Positions 25,891-40,167 of a stretch of 64,000 bases of DNA are shown one piece after another. Source of the stretch: Eledone cirrhosa (lineage: Eukaryota); contig OZ024742.1 in NCBI GenBank assembly GCA_964016885.1, positions 196,478,001-196,542,000 on the forward strand, read 5' to 3'. The translations under genes were made by a program, and so were the position numbers. Each line of letters starts with the position of its first letter. The stretch's first letter is position 1. The notes beneath the pieces are model-generated. The model saw only the letters and a program-made list of their open reading frames with translations, was not told the DNA's origin and did not search any database.

Positions 25891-26348
25891 ATATATATAT
25901 ATATACATATAGTATATATATAATCTATATATATATATATGTATATATAATATATATATAATATATATAAATATATATATGTGTATATAGCCAGAAGGCT
26001 CATTTGGCCAGTGCTTATCCCGATTTCATGGTGTGAAGCGACTGAGAGTACAAGACTCCCCCCGGACAGGATGCCAGTCCATCGCAGGGTTAAACCTGCA
26101 GCTATTGCCGGTACTCATTTTCAGTTGAGTATACTGGAGCAACGTGAAATAAAGTGTTTCACATACATACACATACATCCATACACACATGCATATATAT
26201 ACAAACTGTAGAATGCTACTTATCCGATATCTGCATTGCTTTATTGTACTCCAATAAAACTCATATATATATATATATATATATTATTTTAGTCCAGAAT
26301 TAGCCATCGAAACGGCTTGAGTTCAGCCGTCGGGGTCCTACTAGTTCC

Positions 26349-27582
<1,234 letters not shown>

Positions 27583-27588
27583 TATACA

Positions 27589-27655
<67 letters not shown>

Positions 27656-27661
<6 letters not shown>

Positions 27662-27830
27662 ATATATAAGATCAAAAGATGGTTAAAAGAGTTCCATGTA
27701 ACATGGAACTCTTTTAACCATCTTTTGATCTTATATATTATTATTTATACTCCAGTCCTACAAACTGTAGAGTGCTACTTATCCGATATCTACATTGCTT
27801 TATTGTACTACAATAAAACTCACCTCCTAC
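27656..27830. repeat. Fold-back P6 (44-bp perfect arms, 1-nt centre) plus about 85-nt extension
   Basis: Axis at 27700; part of the extension recurs at 26201-26264 in a microsatellite context. Confidence 0.85.
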
Positions 27831-27850
27831 ATATATATATATATATATAT

Positions 27851-28865
27851 AATACTAGCTCATTCCATTGCACAGATGGTTCTATAGAAATAGTGGACAG
27901 CTTCCATTACCTGGGTGACAAAATCAGCAGTGGGGGAGGGTGCTCTGAAAGTACAGTAGCTAGAGTCAGAACTGGATGGAAAAAATTCAGAGAGCTTATA
28001 CCACTATTAGCCGCTAAAGGGTTCTCCCTAAAAATGAAAGGCAGGCTGTATGATACCTGCATACGAACAGCAATGTTGCATGGCAGTGAGACCTGGGCAT
28101 TGTGTGCAGAGGATATACACAGACTGGAGAGGAACGAAGCTTGCATGCTCCGCTGGATGTGTAATAGTAATATACGTGAACGGCAAAGCATAAGCGAGCT
28201 AAGGGAAAAATTAGAAATAAGAGGGATCAGATGTTGTTTACTCGAGAGAAGGCTACGTTGGTATGGTCACGTGATGCGCATGAAAGATGACAGCTGTATA
28301 ACAAAGTGCAGGGCAATAAAAATAGACGGTAGCCACGGAGTAGGCAGAGTCAGAAAAACCTGGGACAACTTGATAAATTCCAACCTCACACACATACACC
28401 TCTCCAAGACAATGTCACTGGACCGAGAGCTTTGGCGCTACACAGTAATAGAGAAGACCCGCCTTACCTAAGTACAAAGTGAAACCTACTACAGTCAGTA
28501 GGCACCTCTAACAAAATACACCCCCCGTCCCACTACCTCCACCCCATCCACACCACCCCTTTCAATGTAAAGTTATGTTGGTACCACAACATCCAGCCCG
28601 AAACAAATGAGGTTGTGTAGGTGTCACGACAAAAAACACACAGTCCACGCTGTAATGTAGCCGTGTAGGTAACACGGTAAAAACCTCCCAATTCCACACT
28701 GTAAATGTGGTTGGTGTTAGGAAGGGCATCCAGCCGTAGAAAACCCACCAGACAGTCCTATGCGAGCAAGACAACCACTCTTGCCTCAAGTGGGAAAACA
28801 CCCGTCCAAACCCATGCAAGCGTGGAATATGGACGTTAAACAATGATGATGATGATGATGATGAT
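27851..28865 (+). mobile_element. RTE 3' portion
   Basis: Same subfamily as 26456-27582; (GAT)n tail. Confidence 0.9.
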
Positions 28866-28877
28866 ATATATATATAT

Positions 28878-29022
28878 GGAGGCACATGGCTTAGTGGTTA
28901 GAGCATTGGCCTTGCAATCGAAAGGTTGTGAGTTCAATTCTCAGACCGGGTGATGTGTTGTTTCCTTGAGTAAGACACTTTATTTCACATTGCTCCAGTT
29001 TACTCAGCTGTAGAAATGAGAT
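28878..29022 (+). mobile_element. tRNA-derived SINE 5' part
   Basis: A box TGGCTTAGTGG, B box GAGTTCAATTC, CORE-like CCTTGAGTAAGACACTT. Confidence 0.75.
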
Positions 29023-30104
29023 GATAGGGACTACGATCCCTATCATTCCACTGCAAAGTGGTCGTGGATATGCCACGGCAAAAAGCACCCACCACTCACT
29101 GTAAATGAGGTTGGTGTTAGGAAGGGCATCCAGCTGTAGAAATCAAGCCAGAATCAGTTCCCGTCCCACCCTTGCAAGCAGGGAAAAGTGGACGTAAAAT
29201 GAAATGAAAAATGATGATGATATACATACATACACACATACATACACACATACATACACACATACATACTAGTAACAGCAGCAGTAGCAGCAGCTGAAGC
29301 AGAAGTAACAGCAGTAGAACCAGCAATAGTAGTAACATCAGCAGTAGTAGTAGCAACAGCAGCAGTAGCAGCAGTAAAAAAATCATTAAATATGTAAAAT
29401 TGACAGCTTTATGGAATAGATCTCACAATTGGTGATGGCACAACATGAATTAATATAGTGTGATCAATGCATTGAATATTGATTATTGATTAGTTATCAT
29501 GTAGGAAAGAGTGTCAGAGAGCAATAGGTAGCATGTGTAACTGAGAGGGTTAGAGAGAGTCTGTGAGATATATATATATATATAGTGGTGGAACACTGGA
29601 AGGTAATATCCGTAGTGGTAGAGCACTCAGTTCATGGGACGAGTTAGGTAGAAGTGGTTACACAACAGTTAGTTCACCATACCGAGAACAATTGTTTCAC
29701 CTTAGCGGATCCTCAGCTCGGAATGGGCATGGTTATAGGAAGAGGAAGGACAACCATATGAATGCGCATGCGCAGAAACCCGGTCACTTCACACAGGCAA
29801 TACTAGAATGCGTGCGAGAGGTGTAAGGGAGATAACTGCGAGAGTCTGAAAAGTGTTTAGTTGAAAATAAAATTACAAAGAATCAGTCCGGAGCCTTGTA
29901 GTTATGCAATAGGTGTTTGGCGACGTGTGGACAACATGTGAAAAATTCATTTCTCGTGTTTAGGCAATCACTATTGCGTAATCTCTTTAGAATAGTTATT
30001 CGTACGTCAATACATAAGCCACACGTCGGATTTCCCCATGCGTATGGCTAAGTCCAAGCCATACGCAATATATATATATGTATATATATATATGTATGTA
30101 TATA

Positions 30105-30182
<78 letters not shown>

Positions 30183-30654
30183 GTATGTGTGGCAAAGAGA
30201 GTGTAAGAGAAAGAGAGAGAGAGAAGATTGTATGTGTGATAAAGAGAGAGACAGAAAGAGAGAACGAAAGTGAGTATGGCAAAGAGAGAATAGAAAAGAG
30301 AGGGTGAGAGTGAAAGAGTGTGTATGTGCGTTGGGGTGAGAGAAAAAGGGAGGAAGAAGAAGAAGAAGAAGAAGAAGAAGAAGACACTTATCCTATATAT
30401 AATGCTTTCTTTCTTTATTTTTTATTTATTTATTATTTTTCCTATATATAATGGTGGAATATATATAAAAATATGATTGGAAAAGTTTTAGTAATAAGAA
30501 ATATTTTAATGGGACTGAAGATGGAGTGGTTGAATGAAAAGGGAAAGGTAGGGAAACCAATGAAGAATAGTGAAGTAAAATTATATTGGTGATACTTTTA
30601 GACATATAACGAGGTAGAGAATAGACAGGTAAAGTGGGGTTTGATGGTTGTATC

Positions 30655-30902
30655 ATATTATTGTTGTTGTTGTCATCATCATCATTACCATCACCATCAT
30701 CATCATCATCATTACCATCGTCATTGTGATCATTGTCATCATGATCGTCATCATTATCATCAACATCATCATTACCATCACCACCACCACCACAACCATC
30801 ATCATCATCACCACCAAAACCACCACAACCACCACCATAACCATCGTCATCATCACCATCATCATCATCTTTACCACTACCACCATCACCACCACCACCA
30901 CC

Positions 30903-30958
<56 letters not shown>

Positions 30959-30960
30959 TT
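30655..30960. repeat. (CAT/CAC)n trinucleotide tract, expanded tail of a minus-strand RTE-type 3' end
   Basis: Followed by TTTAACATC...GCAAGGGTTGGA, the reverse complement of the RTE terminus. Confidence 0.7.
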
Positions 30961-31485
30961 AACATCAGTTCTCCTTTCTGGCAAGGGTTGGATAAGTCGT
31001 CATAGATCAAGTCAGTACTTAATTAGAGCTACTCACCTCTGAAATGGGCGCGGTCACATCTATTTAACCCCCCCCCTCTCTCCCTCCCTCTCTTTCTTTC
31101 TCTCTCTCCAGAGATCATGCAGTACATTTTATCTTAGCACCAGCACTAAAGATGAGAAGTTGTCATGCCTTTGACAAGACTGAAGAATCCTCTCAACCAT
31201 TTGTTAGGCAAATTTTCTATGATGGATGACTGGATGTCCTTCCTATCAGCAATCACTTTTCACATTGTACTGGGCACATTTTATCATGTCACTTACACTA
31301 GAGAGGTGGTCGACTCCTTGACACAACCAAAGAGTCCTTTCAGCCCTTTTTGGCATGGCTTCTGTGGCTGGAATAGAAAGACCTAGATTACACCTCCATC
31401 AGTTTCAACGATGATCAATGGAACATCTTGCTCAGGAAATTAACAATTGAGTGACTAAGCATTCCATCGACATCTTTATCCTTAA

Positions 31486-31670
31486 CACTTTAACATTTAC
31501 ATTACTCTATATATGTATTTTCTCACATAATATTGAATCTATGAGATTTTGATATTATTTATTTTGAGAAAAATACCTTAGCATCAGTATGAGCAGCCGG
31601 TTACAACCGGTTTGAACAGATAGAGGTGAAAGAGTTCTGGCCGGATATGGCTGGTTTAAATGCTAAAGGG
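31486..31670. mobile_element. piggyBac-like MITE (inverted relative to 16762)
   Basis: TTAA flanks and shared internal sequence. Confidence 0.75.
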
Positions 31671-32289
31671 TTAATGTAATTATATTTTAAGTGACTGAGG
31701 ATTTCATAGACATGTGTTTACTTAGCACAATTCTCAGGGAGATTCAGCATAACATAGTGTGTTTCAAGGCTGACCATTCTTAATTACAGGTACACTCCAT
31801 CATTATTATGATGTAAGTGGCCAAGCATTCCATGGAGGTGTGTACTGGAGATTCAATGTAACACAGTGTGTAACAAGGCTGGTCTTTTGACTTAGAGATA
31901 CTGTCCATTTGATAGGCTTTTAAGTAGTTTTTCCATTGCACTCAATGTCTTGGGTTAACCCAAGGCAATACAGTAGAAGACATTTGCCAAAGGTGTTGTG
32001 CAGTGGGATTGAACCCAAAACAATGTAGTAGCAAGGCAAACTTCTTAACCACTCAGCCATGGAAAGTAGAACATCACAGGAGACAGGTGGGTTGAGGGGT
32101 AGGGGAAGGGTGAGGTGAGAATGTAAAAAAATGAAAATAATGCATCTTCCCCTCCCCTCGAAATTGACGGAAGACGTCACTTCAAAGTGAATATTTTTAC
32201 ACCTGTCAGAATATACATCTCTTTATATATCAGAGAAATGACAGAGAAAGGAGATGGATAAAATGAAATCATAATAATAATAATAATAA

Positions 32290-32552
32290 CTTCTACTATA
32301 GGCACAAGGCCAGCAATTACTCCATTGCATTACTGGTACTTTATTTTATTGACCCCGTGGGGATGAAAACAAAGTTCACCTCGGCGGGATTTGAACTCAG
32401 AACATAAAGGGGCATAACTCTATGCTGCAAAGCATAGTGTCTGACACTCTACTCATACCGCCAATCCACACAACCTTGGCGGGATTTGAACTCAGACTGT
32501 AAATGGCCGTAACTCTATGCTGCAAAGCATGGCATCCAACCCTCTACTGATA
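32290..32552 (-). mobile_element. tRNA-derived SINE with duplicated head
   Basis: GGCGGGATTTGAACTCAG...AACTCTATGCTGCAAAGCAT occurs twice; (TAA)n flanks. Confidence 0.7.
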
Positions 32553-33592
32553 ATAATAATAACAGTGTGGACATGACACCTACACGACCACTTTACAATG
32601 TGGACTAAGTGCTTTGTGTCGTGACACCTACACAACCATTTTACAGTGGGGAGTGGAGGCTTGTGGTGGAGGAGGGGTGCATGCAGATTGAAGAGGTAGA
32701 TCTAGGGGCGTGGGTGGGAGTGGGGTATTAGGATATGGATGGAGTGTTACGATTTGGAATAGGAATGGAGAGTGATGTTAGAAAAAGTGAATAATGAAAG
32801 AAGAGAGAATTCCTCATTAGGAAAATAAATTGTTGGGGTTAAAATAAGACTCAATTGAGGAATGAAAAGAGAATTCCTAATATTGAAATAATGATTGAGA
32901 GAAAGACAGGAGTTGGATCATAGTGAACATATTCTTGAAGGAATAAAAAAAAACCCAACAAAATAAGCTAACAAATGATTTTTCATTATGGTGGGAGGAG
33001 GGGGGGGGGGGGGGGGTAATAGAAAGGGGAAAGATCCTTTGTTGCATAGAATGTTCTTTGAAGAGGAAATAATCTTCTGATTACAGTAAATGACCTATTT
33101 CCTTTTATCTGATTTCATCTTTTCCTGAAAAGATATATAGCTTGGCTAAATAACAATTGCGATTATACACACACACTATATAGACATACACAGAGGCACA
33201 TACAGATATATCATATATATATGCACATACACACATACAGTTTAACCCCAGGCAGCATGGAAAAACGAATGTGGACTAACACACACATATGCTATGTGTA
33301 TGTACATTATATATGTAAGGCTGACTGAACACATATGCTTTTCCTAAAAATAAAGTGTGTTCTCTTCTCCCTCTCTATCTTTCTATTTCATATTTTATTT
33401 CTCATTCTATCTTCTGACGAAGGACTAATGTTCAAAACATAAAGACTCTTTTCCTACTACATCAAGCATTAAACTGATACATTTCTCTTCATTATACTGT
33501 GTTCATTATGCTTTGTTTCCATTTACCTTTTGTATATATATATATGAACAAAAAGTCAACAGATTAAAGTTAACTTCGTTTTTTCCATATTT

Positions 33593-33651
33593 GCTGCAAT
33601 ATATATTTCGGTGATAACCATTATTCAACAGCTATGACCTCATCAGGCAGC
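33593..33651 (-). ncRNA. Type I hammerhead ribozyme (left arm of the 33553-35045 inverted pair)
   Basis: GCUGC-CUGAUGA-GGU c AUAGCUGUU gaau AAUGGUUAU c ACC-GAAA-U auau A-UU/GCAGC. Confidence 0.85.
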
Positions 33652-34947
33652 TAGAACTTGAACAGAAAAAACAGGAAAACATAATGGTGGAATAAAGTTT
33701 ACCTTGTTAATTCGTTGATATGCCCAGATCCAAAGTGTAGCGTTGTTTTCTCAAAGAACTGGTGGCATATGAATTAGAATGAATGAATTCAAGCATCCAA
33801 AGGATATACCTTCCTCTCATTGGTCAGATACTATCTTAACACACCAGTGGCAAGTCTATTGAATTTCTTAGGTCAGTTGTCCTTGAAACACGTCAACCTG
33901 CTAGGGTTGTTTTTAACAACCAGCTATAATAACTCTATATAGGGGTGTTCTGGTCTAGGTGACCTAATTGACCTTAGTGGCAGTGGTGTAAAATGGTCAC
34001 TATTACCACTCATTTTGCGGTAGTATTGTAGTTGCTAGTGAAGAATTCATGTATGTAACCTGATATGAGTTCATCTGGAAGTGTGAATGCTTATCCATAT
34101 CAATAGTCCTGATAGTAACAGATGTTAGAATTATAACTGTAGGTGTTAAAACTTATAAGTGTTAAAGATTATAATCCATATTGTAAACATTTAGTATACA
34201 ACCGCAAAAATACATCTACGTACCTCCATATGTACACGCAAATATATACATACATACACACGCACACATATATCTATACATGCACATACATCCATACATA
34301 AACATATCTATGTACAAAACATATCTATGTACACATATATACACATACACACACATATGTGTATACGTACACACATCCACAGACACATATGTACCCTTTA
34401 GAGGGGTGGAAAAAAAATAATAGGTACGTCTTATTTACTTATCACTGTTAGTACTGACTTTTATGTGCGAAAGGGATTAGGTTTGAGGTAGCTTGTTCTT
34501 TGGAAAACTGGATCGCAGACCAGGAGTGGATGGTGAAGCCCAGTGATCGGAAATGTGGGGTGCATGGAGATACTCAGGGTAGGACTCTGCCAGCATATAT
34601 TATCTCGCTAATTAGCTAGTGGCTGTTTACTTGGCTTAGAACTACGGAAGTGAGAAAGAAGGGTGAACCACTGCGATGTGAGGCACTGGCCTAACCGCTA
34701 AGTAAGTGTGGATCTGTGGTGTTTAAAATGCTAGTCCAGACAAGAAGAGAAGAGAAGGGAGAGGTAAGTACAGTGGGTGGGGTTGGTGTCTCTGGGACTC
34801 AGTGTGGTGGGGTTGCTATCCATATAGCTTGAGGAAAGTTCCCGTCCTCAGGTGTTTACATGTACCAAAGAAATCTGCCCCGAGATTGATTAAATTTATT
34901 CCAGCACTGAGTATCTCGAGTGTCTCACTTAGACAAAGGCAGTTCTA

Positions 34948-35006
34948 GCTGCCTGATGAGGTCATAGTTGTTGAATAATGGTTATCACTGAAATATATAT
35001 TGCAGC
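34948..35006 (+). ncRNA. Type I hammerhead ribozyme (right arm)
   Basis: Same fold as 33593-33651, with a G-U pair at the base of stem II. Confidence 0.75.
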
Positions 35007-35319
35007 GAATTTGAATAAACAAAGTTAATTTTAACCTGTTGACTTACACTTCTTGTTTTTAAATTACTCCGGATTAAACAGACCCACCTACACACATTAT
35101 TGAGTGTTCTAACCTGCACACTGAAGTGTCTGTAAGCAACCAACACATACTCAAATTTATATCATCATCATCATCATTTAATGTCAATTTTCCATGCTTG
35201 CATGGGTTAGACAGGTTATGTTATGAGACAATTTAGTACCAGAGACCACATCTTACTCATACGGATCTGTATTTTGGCTTGGTTGCTACGGCTGGATGCC
35301 CTTCCTAACACAACTACAT

Positions 35320-35600
35320 CACTGTGAACTGGGTGCTTTTTGTCAGGTCACTAACATGACCACCTTCAGCACAACTACCTTACAGTGTGGACTGGGCAGT
35401 TTTTGCCTTGTCACCAGCATGACCACCTTACAGAGTGGACTGGGCAGTTTTTGCTTTGTCACCAGCATGACCACCTTACAGCGTGGACTGCGCATTTTTT
35501 GTTGCGTCACCAACATGACCACTTTACTGTGTGGATTGGGCAGATATTGCCTTGTCACCAGAATGACCACCTTACAGAATGGACTGGATGCTTTTGGTAT
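35320..35600 (-). repeat. 48-bp minisatellite (5-6 units) within an RTE-type 3' UTR
   Basis: Unit GGGCAGTTTTTGCCTTGTCACCAGCATGACCACCTTACAGAGTGGACT, adjacent to GGATGCCCTTCCTAAC and a (CAT)n tail near 35162. Confidence 0.8.
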
Positions 35601-36105
35601 CTAACATAGACACAAAACCTGAAATTTTGTAGGGAAGAGAATGTCAATTATATCAACTGAGTATTTGACTGGTGCTTTATTTTATTGACCCCAGGCAAAA
35701 TTAACTTCAGCAGGATTTGAACTCAGAACATGAAGAGACTGAACAAATCAAATGACACAAATCATTTTGTATTACACTAATGGTTCTATCAATATATATA
35801 TATATATCCAAATATTCGAGGTCCATGGGTAATCCGTTGGCTGGACAGGTGGGTAAAATAGAGCAGGAGAGTATAGCATCTGGGTGTCTCATTAAGACCT
35901 GCATTTATATATTTCTTTAGTTTTTACATCCTATAATATTTTAATAGAAGGTATCTAAAAGATGCCATTAAATGAAGCAAAATATTAGTGAGAAAATCCT
36001 GAAAAAAATCAATCAAATGTGATAAAAAATATGACAGGGTTGTTTAAATGTGAACTATGTATTGAATAAACACTAGAAAAAACCATCATCACCATCACCA
36101 CCACC

Positions 36106-36137
<32 letters not shown>

Positions 36138-37005
36138 TATTGTTTTTATCCATGTTTCCCTGCTGACATGTGTTGTGTAAGCATTTATTAATTTCAGGTA
36201 ATTATGCATACAAATAAACATAATTTATGGAAAAAATAAGAAAGAAAGTGGAAGAAGATGCACACACTCAATAACATGGCAAAACATGGCATACTGGAGC
36301 TTCACTCTAATGATTTTTTAGGTGAGCTATAACCAGTGTGGCTGAGGGTGATAGCAAGGCTAAGACACTAGAATAACTAAGCACCCTTGCTCTCATCACC
36401 TGATATGTTGGTAAGGCAATTCAGCAACAATTACAAGAACCTCGTTGTAAGAAAACTAGAGTTATTCTTCTTACATCATTAGAGAGTTCATCACTTCCTT
36501 TAAAACTCATGTAAACTTGAGACTGTTTATACTCTTCAAGAATGCTTTGCTACTTGCATTTTCATGTAGTACCAGATGTTAAGAGTTAATCTGGACAAAG
36601 CCACTGCACAGTGTGACATTGTCTTGTTAAAGTGTTCCACTATTTTGCAGTATTGCACCAGCTTCAACATTTGGTAATCAGAAGGGAGCAGTAGGTTTAA
36701 AAGCCAAACTCGCTATCTTCAATTCGGTATTTGTGCCAAACCTTTGGTCATGAATATGGGGTAATGACTGAAAAAATACGATTGCAAATACAAGTGGCCG
36801 AAACGGGGTTCTTCCAAAGGGTCTTTGGGGTAACGTTACTCGATAGAGTGTAGCGCTAGTCACTCCAGGTAGAGCCACCAAATATTCGAGGTCTGCGGGT
36901 AATCCACTGCCATTTCATTTTCGTTTTCTGTTTCTCCATTGTGATTCTGTCTCTATTTGTACTCCTGAAGGAGGGCTTAAGCCCAACACATCAACCTTTA
37001 TTTCC

Positions 37006-38119
37006 TCTTTCCAATATAAAGCGGGAAACTAATAAGACTTTTTGTACCTCTGTTTGTTGTCTCTTTGAACTATATATATATATATATATAACAAAAGATT
37101 AATATGGTTCATTGATTACTCAATGAATATAGTTTTACAATAGATTAAAAGTCCTCTACAGAAAAAAAGTTTGTTTTTTTTTCTTGCATCTCCTCATATT
37201 CACCCCCTCCTTATATCCCTACTCGCTCCACGTCCTCTTCTTCTTTAAATTTAAGTTTATAATGTTATTATTTGTGGTATATAAAGGTTGAGATTTGTTG
37301 TAATAAATCACTGTCAATACTGGAATTGAACTATCAAGACCGTTGATGTATGTCATACATCAATTCATGTATTTTATCTGACGAGGATATACTTAAAAAA
37401 AACAATACAGTACCTTCGAAATATATATAATAAAACATATATTTTGATTATGTGAATGTCTTCATTTATTAATATTCTGAATAAGAAATATGAATATATG
37501 TGTGTGTGTGAAAGTAGATAAGGTTTTGTTTATATATACCAGGAATGAATACTTAAACAAGAAAGCTGCTTACCAGAGAGTTTGGCTCGATGGAATCCTT
37601 TGAATTGTATAGCATAAGTATCCAAGCAGAAGAGATCACGGAGTATATTACTACAAGCAAGTATTAATTATTTATTACACTTCATCAGAAAGCCGATAAT
37701 AGTGGAAGTCAACTATTCACTACACTAACTTGGTCTATGTAGACCTATTCAACCCTTGCTAGCAGGGAAAGCAGACATTAAATGATTATGATGATGATAG
37801 ATCACTGCCTTTTAAAACAAGATCATCTTACACAACAATGCCAGCATCAACAGTTTTCCAAGAGATGGCGATGTGAATAGAATAGACCAAATTTTTCTCT
37901 AGAAAATGTTTTTTAAATTTCTGCCACTGCCCAATTTTCTCTATCTGTCTATTTCTTCTTTAATTTTTCATTCTATTTTCTGATGAAGGACTAGCGTCCA
38001 AAACGTTAAGTCTCTTTTCCTACTATATCAAGCGTAAAACTAACAATATATTTCTTCATTGTACTGTTTTCATTGTACTGTCTCATTTGGTTAGTTATTT
38101 TTGTTTGCCTTTTGCATAT
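37006..38119 (+). repeat. Copy A of a local inverted duplication (partner 45099-45872)
   Basis: Colinear reverse-complement match with few substitutions; copy A has about 400 extra bp. Confidence 0.9.
37372..37435 (+). ncRNA. Type I hammerhead ribozyme inside the 37091-37494 insert
   Basis: UUUUAU-CUGACGA-GGA...UUC-GAAA-U auau A-UA/AUAAAA. Confidence 0.7.
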
Positions 38120-38139
38120 ATATATATATATATATATAT

Positions 38140-38450
38140 GTATGTTCTGGTTTTATAATTTCACAAATTTTTACCAATAGAGAGAGAGTCGGTCTCTAAC
38201 ATAGACACAAGACTCTCTCATTGGAATTTACACAACATCAACTAGGTAGATATGTATGCATGTCTGCATGCATGTGTAGATATGGATGTTATTGTATGTG
38301 TGGATGTGGATGTTTTGAGTTGTATGTGTGCATGTGTATATGCTTTGTATCTGTACATGTGTATATGCAGTTATTAGATGCAACATTTTTGGAATGATTT
38401 ACATATTTTACATATCCATTAATGGATTGTACTTGTAATTTCCTAACTAG
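38140..38450 (-). mobile_element. 3' end of an R4-type LINE (same family as 40168-44420)
   Basis: Reverse complement of 44110-44415. Confidence 0.85.
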
Positions 38451-39147
38451 TTGTGTTTATGTATGTATGTATGTATGTATGTATGTATGTATGTATGTAT
38501 GTATGTATGTATGTATGTATGTATGTATGCATGTATGTATTTATATATTTATGTCAGATCACTCTTGAGTGCTACTGGTAACATGTAACCCAGTACAACC
38601 TGTCACATGGTCGGGTCGTTGGCGACGAAACCGGCAACCCCACCAAGTTTACTTGGTGAGGAGGGTGATTTTGGACACCCTGCAGGATAAAAAAAACAAA
38701 ACCTGACAAAGGGCGGAAGAGCTCATAAGATTCAACAGCCATCCAAAAAATGTGTAAATATGTATATATGTATGTGTGCATGTGTATGTAATGCGCAGGA
38801 ACATAGAAATAGTCGGGCTGGATACCCGATTGCGCGGTTAAACCACTGGGAGTGAAGGACCCCTAGCCTTTATCAGGGCATTCTTCGAGGAGAAGGTAAC
38901 TCAGAAAACTGGGATAACTCCAACATAAAACCTGCAGCTCAGTAGTTACAAATGATGTTGATCTTTTCTTCATTTCAGGTTATAGCTACTGTCACCCAGA
39001 GAGTGGGATTGGCTCAGTGCACAGTCTTACCTCATGCACAGGCTTTGCACGCTAGAATTAATTAATAATTATTGATAATGGTATATCGTGCAATAGGCAT
39101 ACTTGATAACGAGGGGGAAGCCATCATGTATATATATGTGTATATAT

Positions 39148-39918
39148 AGTAGAGGATTTAGTGTAAAAGTAGGTGTTCACCAAGGCTCCATCCTTAGCCC
39201 CCTTCTGTTTATTATTGCCCTACAGGCTATAACAGAAGAATTTAAGACTGGCTGCCCATGGGAACTTCTATATACAGATGATCTAACTCTGATAGCTGAA
39301 TCTATGGCTGAACTAGAAAAGAAATTCCAAACATGGAAGCATGGCCTAGAATCAAAAGGCCTTAAAGTTAACTTGTCTAAGACTAAAGTTCTAGTATGTA
39401 GACAGGAAAATAGGGCACAGGTGCTCTCTGGAAAATGGCCATGCTCAGTGTGTAAGCAAGGAGTAGGTAGAAATTCCATTCTGTGTCCCAAATGCAAACT
39501 ATGGATGCATAAAAGATGTAGTGGGATCACAGGTAAGCTATCTAAGAATGTAGATTTTTATATGTGGTCGATGCTCAGGTGCAGTAAGTAGCAAGTGCCC
39601 ACAGGATACTATCTTCTTCAACTCCCCAGATGGTTCTATAAAAATAGTAGACACTTTCTGTTACCTGGATGATAAAATCAGCAGTGGAGAAGGGTGTTCT
39701 GAAAGTACAGTATCCAGAGTTAGAACAGGATGGAAAAGGTTCAGAGAGCTAATACCGCTGTTGGCCACAAAGGGTTTTTCTCAAAAAATAAAAGGCAGAT
39801 TGTATGATGCTTGTATACAAATGGCAATATTACATGGTAGTGAGACCAGGGCGTTGTATGCAGAATACTTGCGTAGATTAGAAAGAAATGAAGCTTGCAT
39901 GCTCCGATGGATGTGTAT
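39148..39918 (+). mobile_element. Internal RTE fragment
   Basis: GVHQGSILSPLLF, YTDD and PHD-like motif; frameshifts. Confidence 0.9.
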
Positions 39919-40167
39919 ATACATATTTACACATCTTTTGGATGGCTGTTGAATCTTATGAGTTCTTCCGCCCTTTGTCAGGTTTTGTTTTTTGTCCTGC
40001 AGGGTGTTCAAAATAACCCTCCTCACCAAGTAAACTTGGTGGGGTTACCGGTTTAGTCGCCAACGACCCGACCATGCGACAGGTTGTACTGGGTTACATG
40101 TTACCAGTTGCACTCAAGAGTGACCTGACATAAATATATATATATACATACATACATCCATACATAC

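Noticed and set aside
28878-28950. tRNA gene
   Set aside because: A and B boxes run into a SINE body with no complete cloverleaf.
35320-35600. Regularly spaced repeats resembling a CRISPR array
   Set aside because: Contiguous tandem units without unique spacers, eukaryotic context, no cas genes.
36960-37000. HHR-like CTGAAGGA-GGGC-TTAA-GCCC (also isolated CTGATGA motifs near 7621, 37682 and 62365)
   Set aside because: No GAAA or stem I/III partner; too degenerate to call.
38550-40135. ~200-bp inverted repeats flanking an RTE fragment, read as a TIR transposon
   Set aside because: The arms are diverged, there is no TSD, and a solo copy exists at 8030; more likely two independent insertions.
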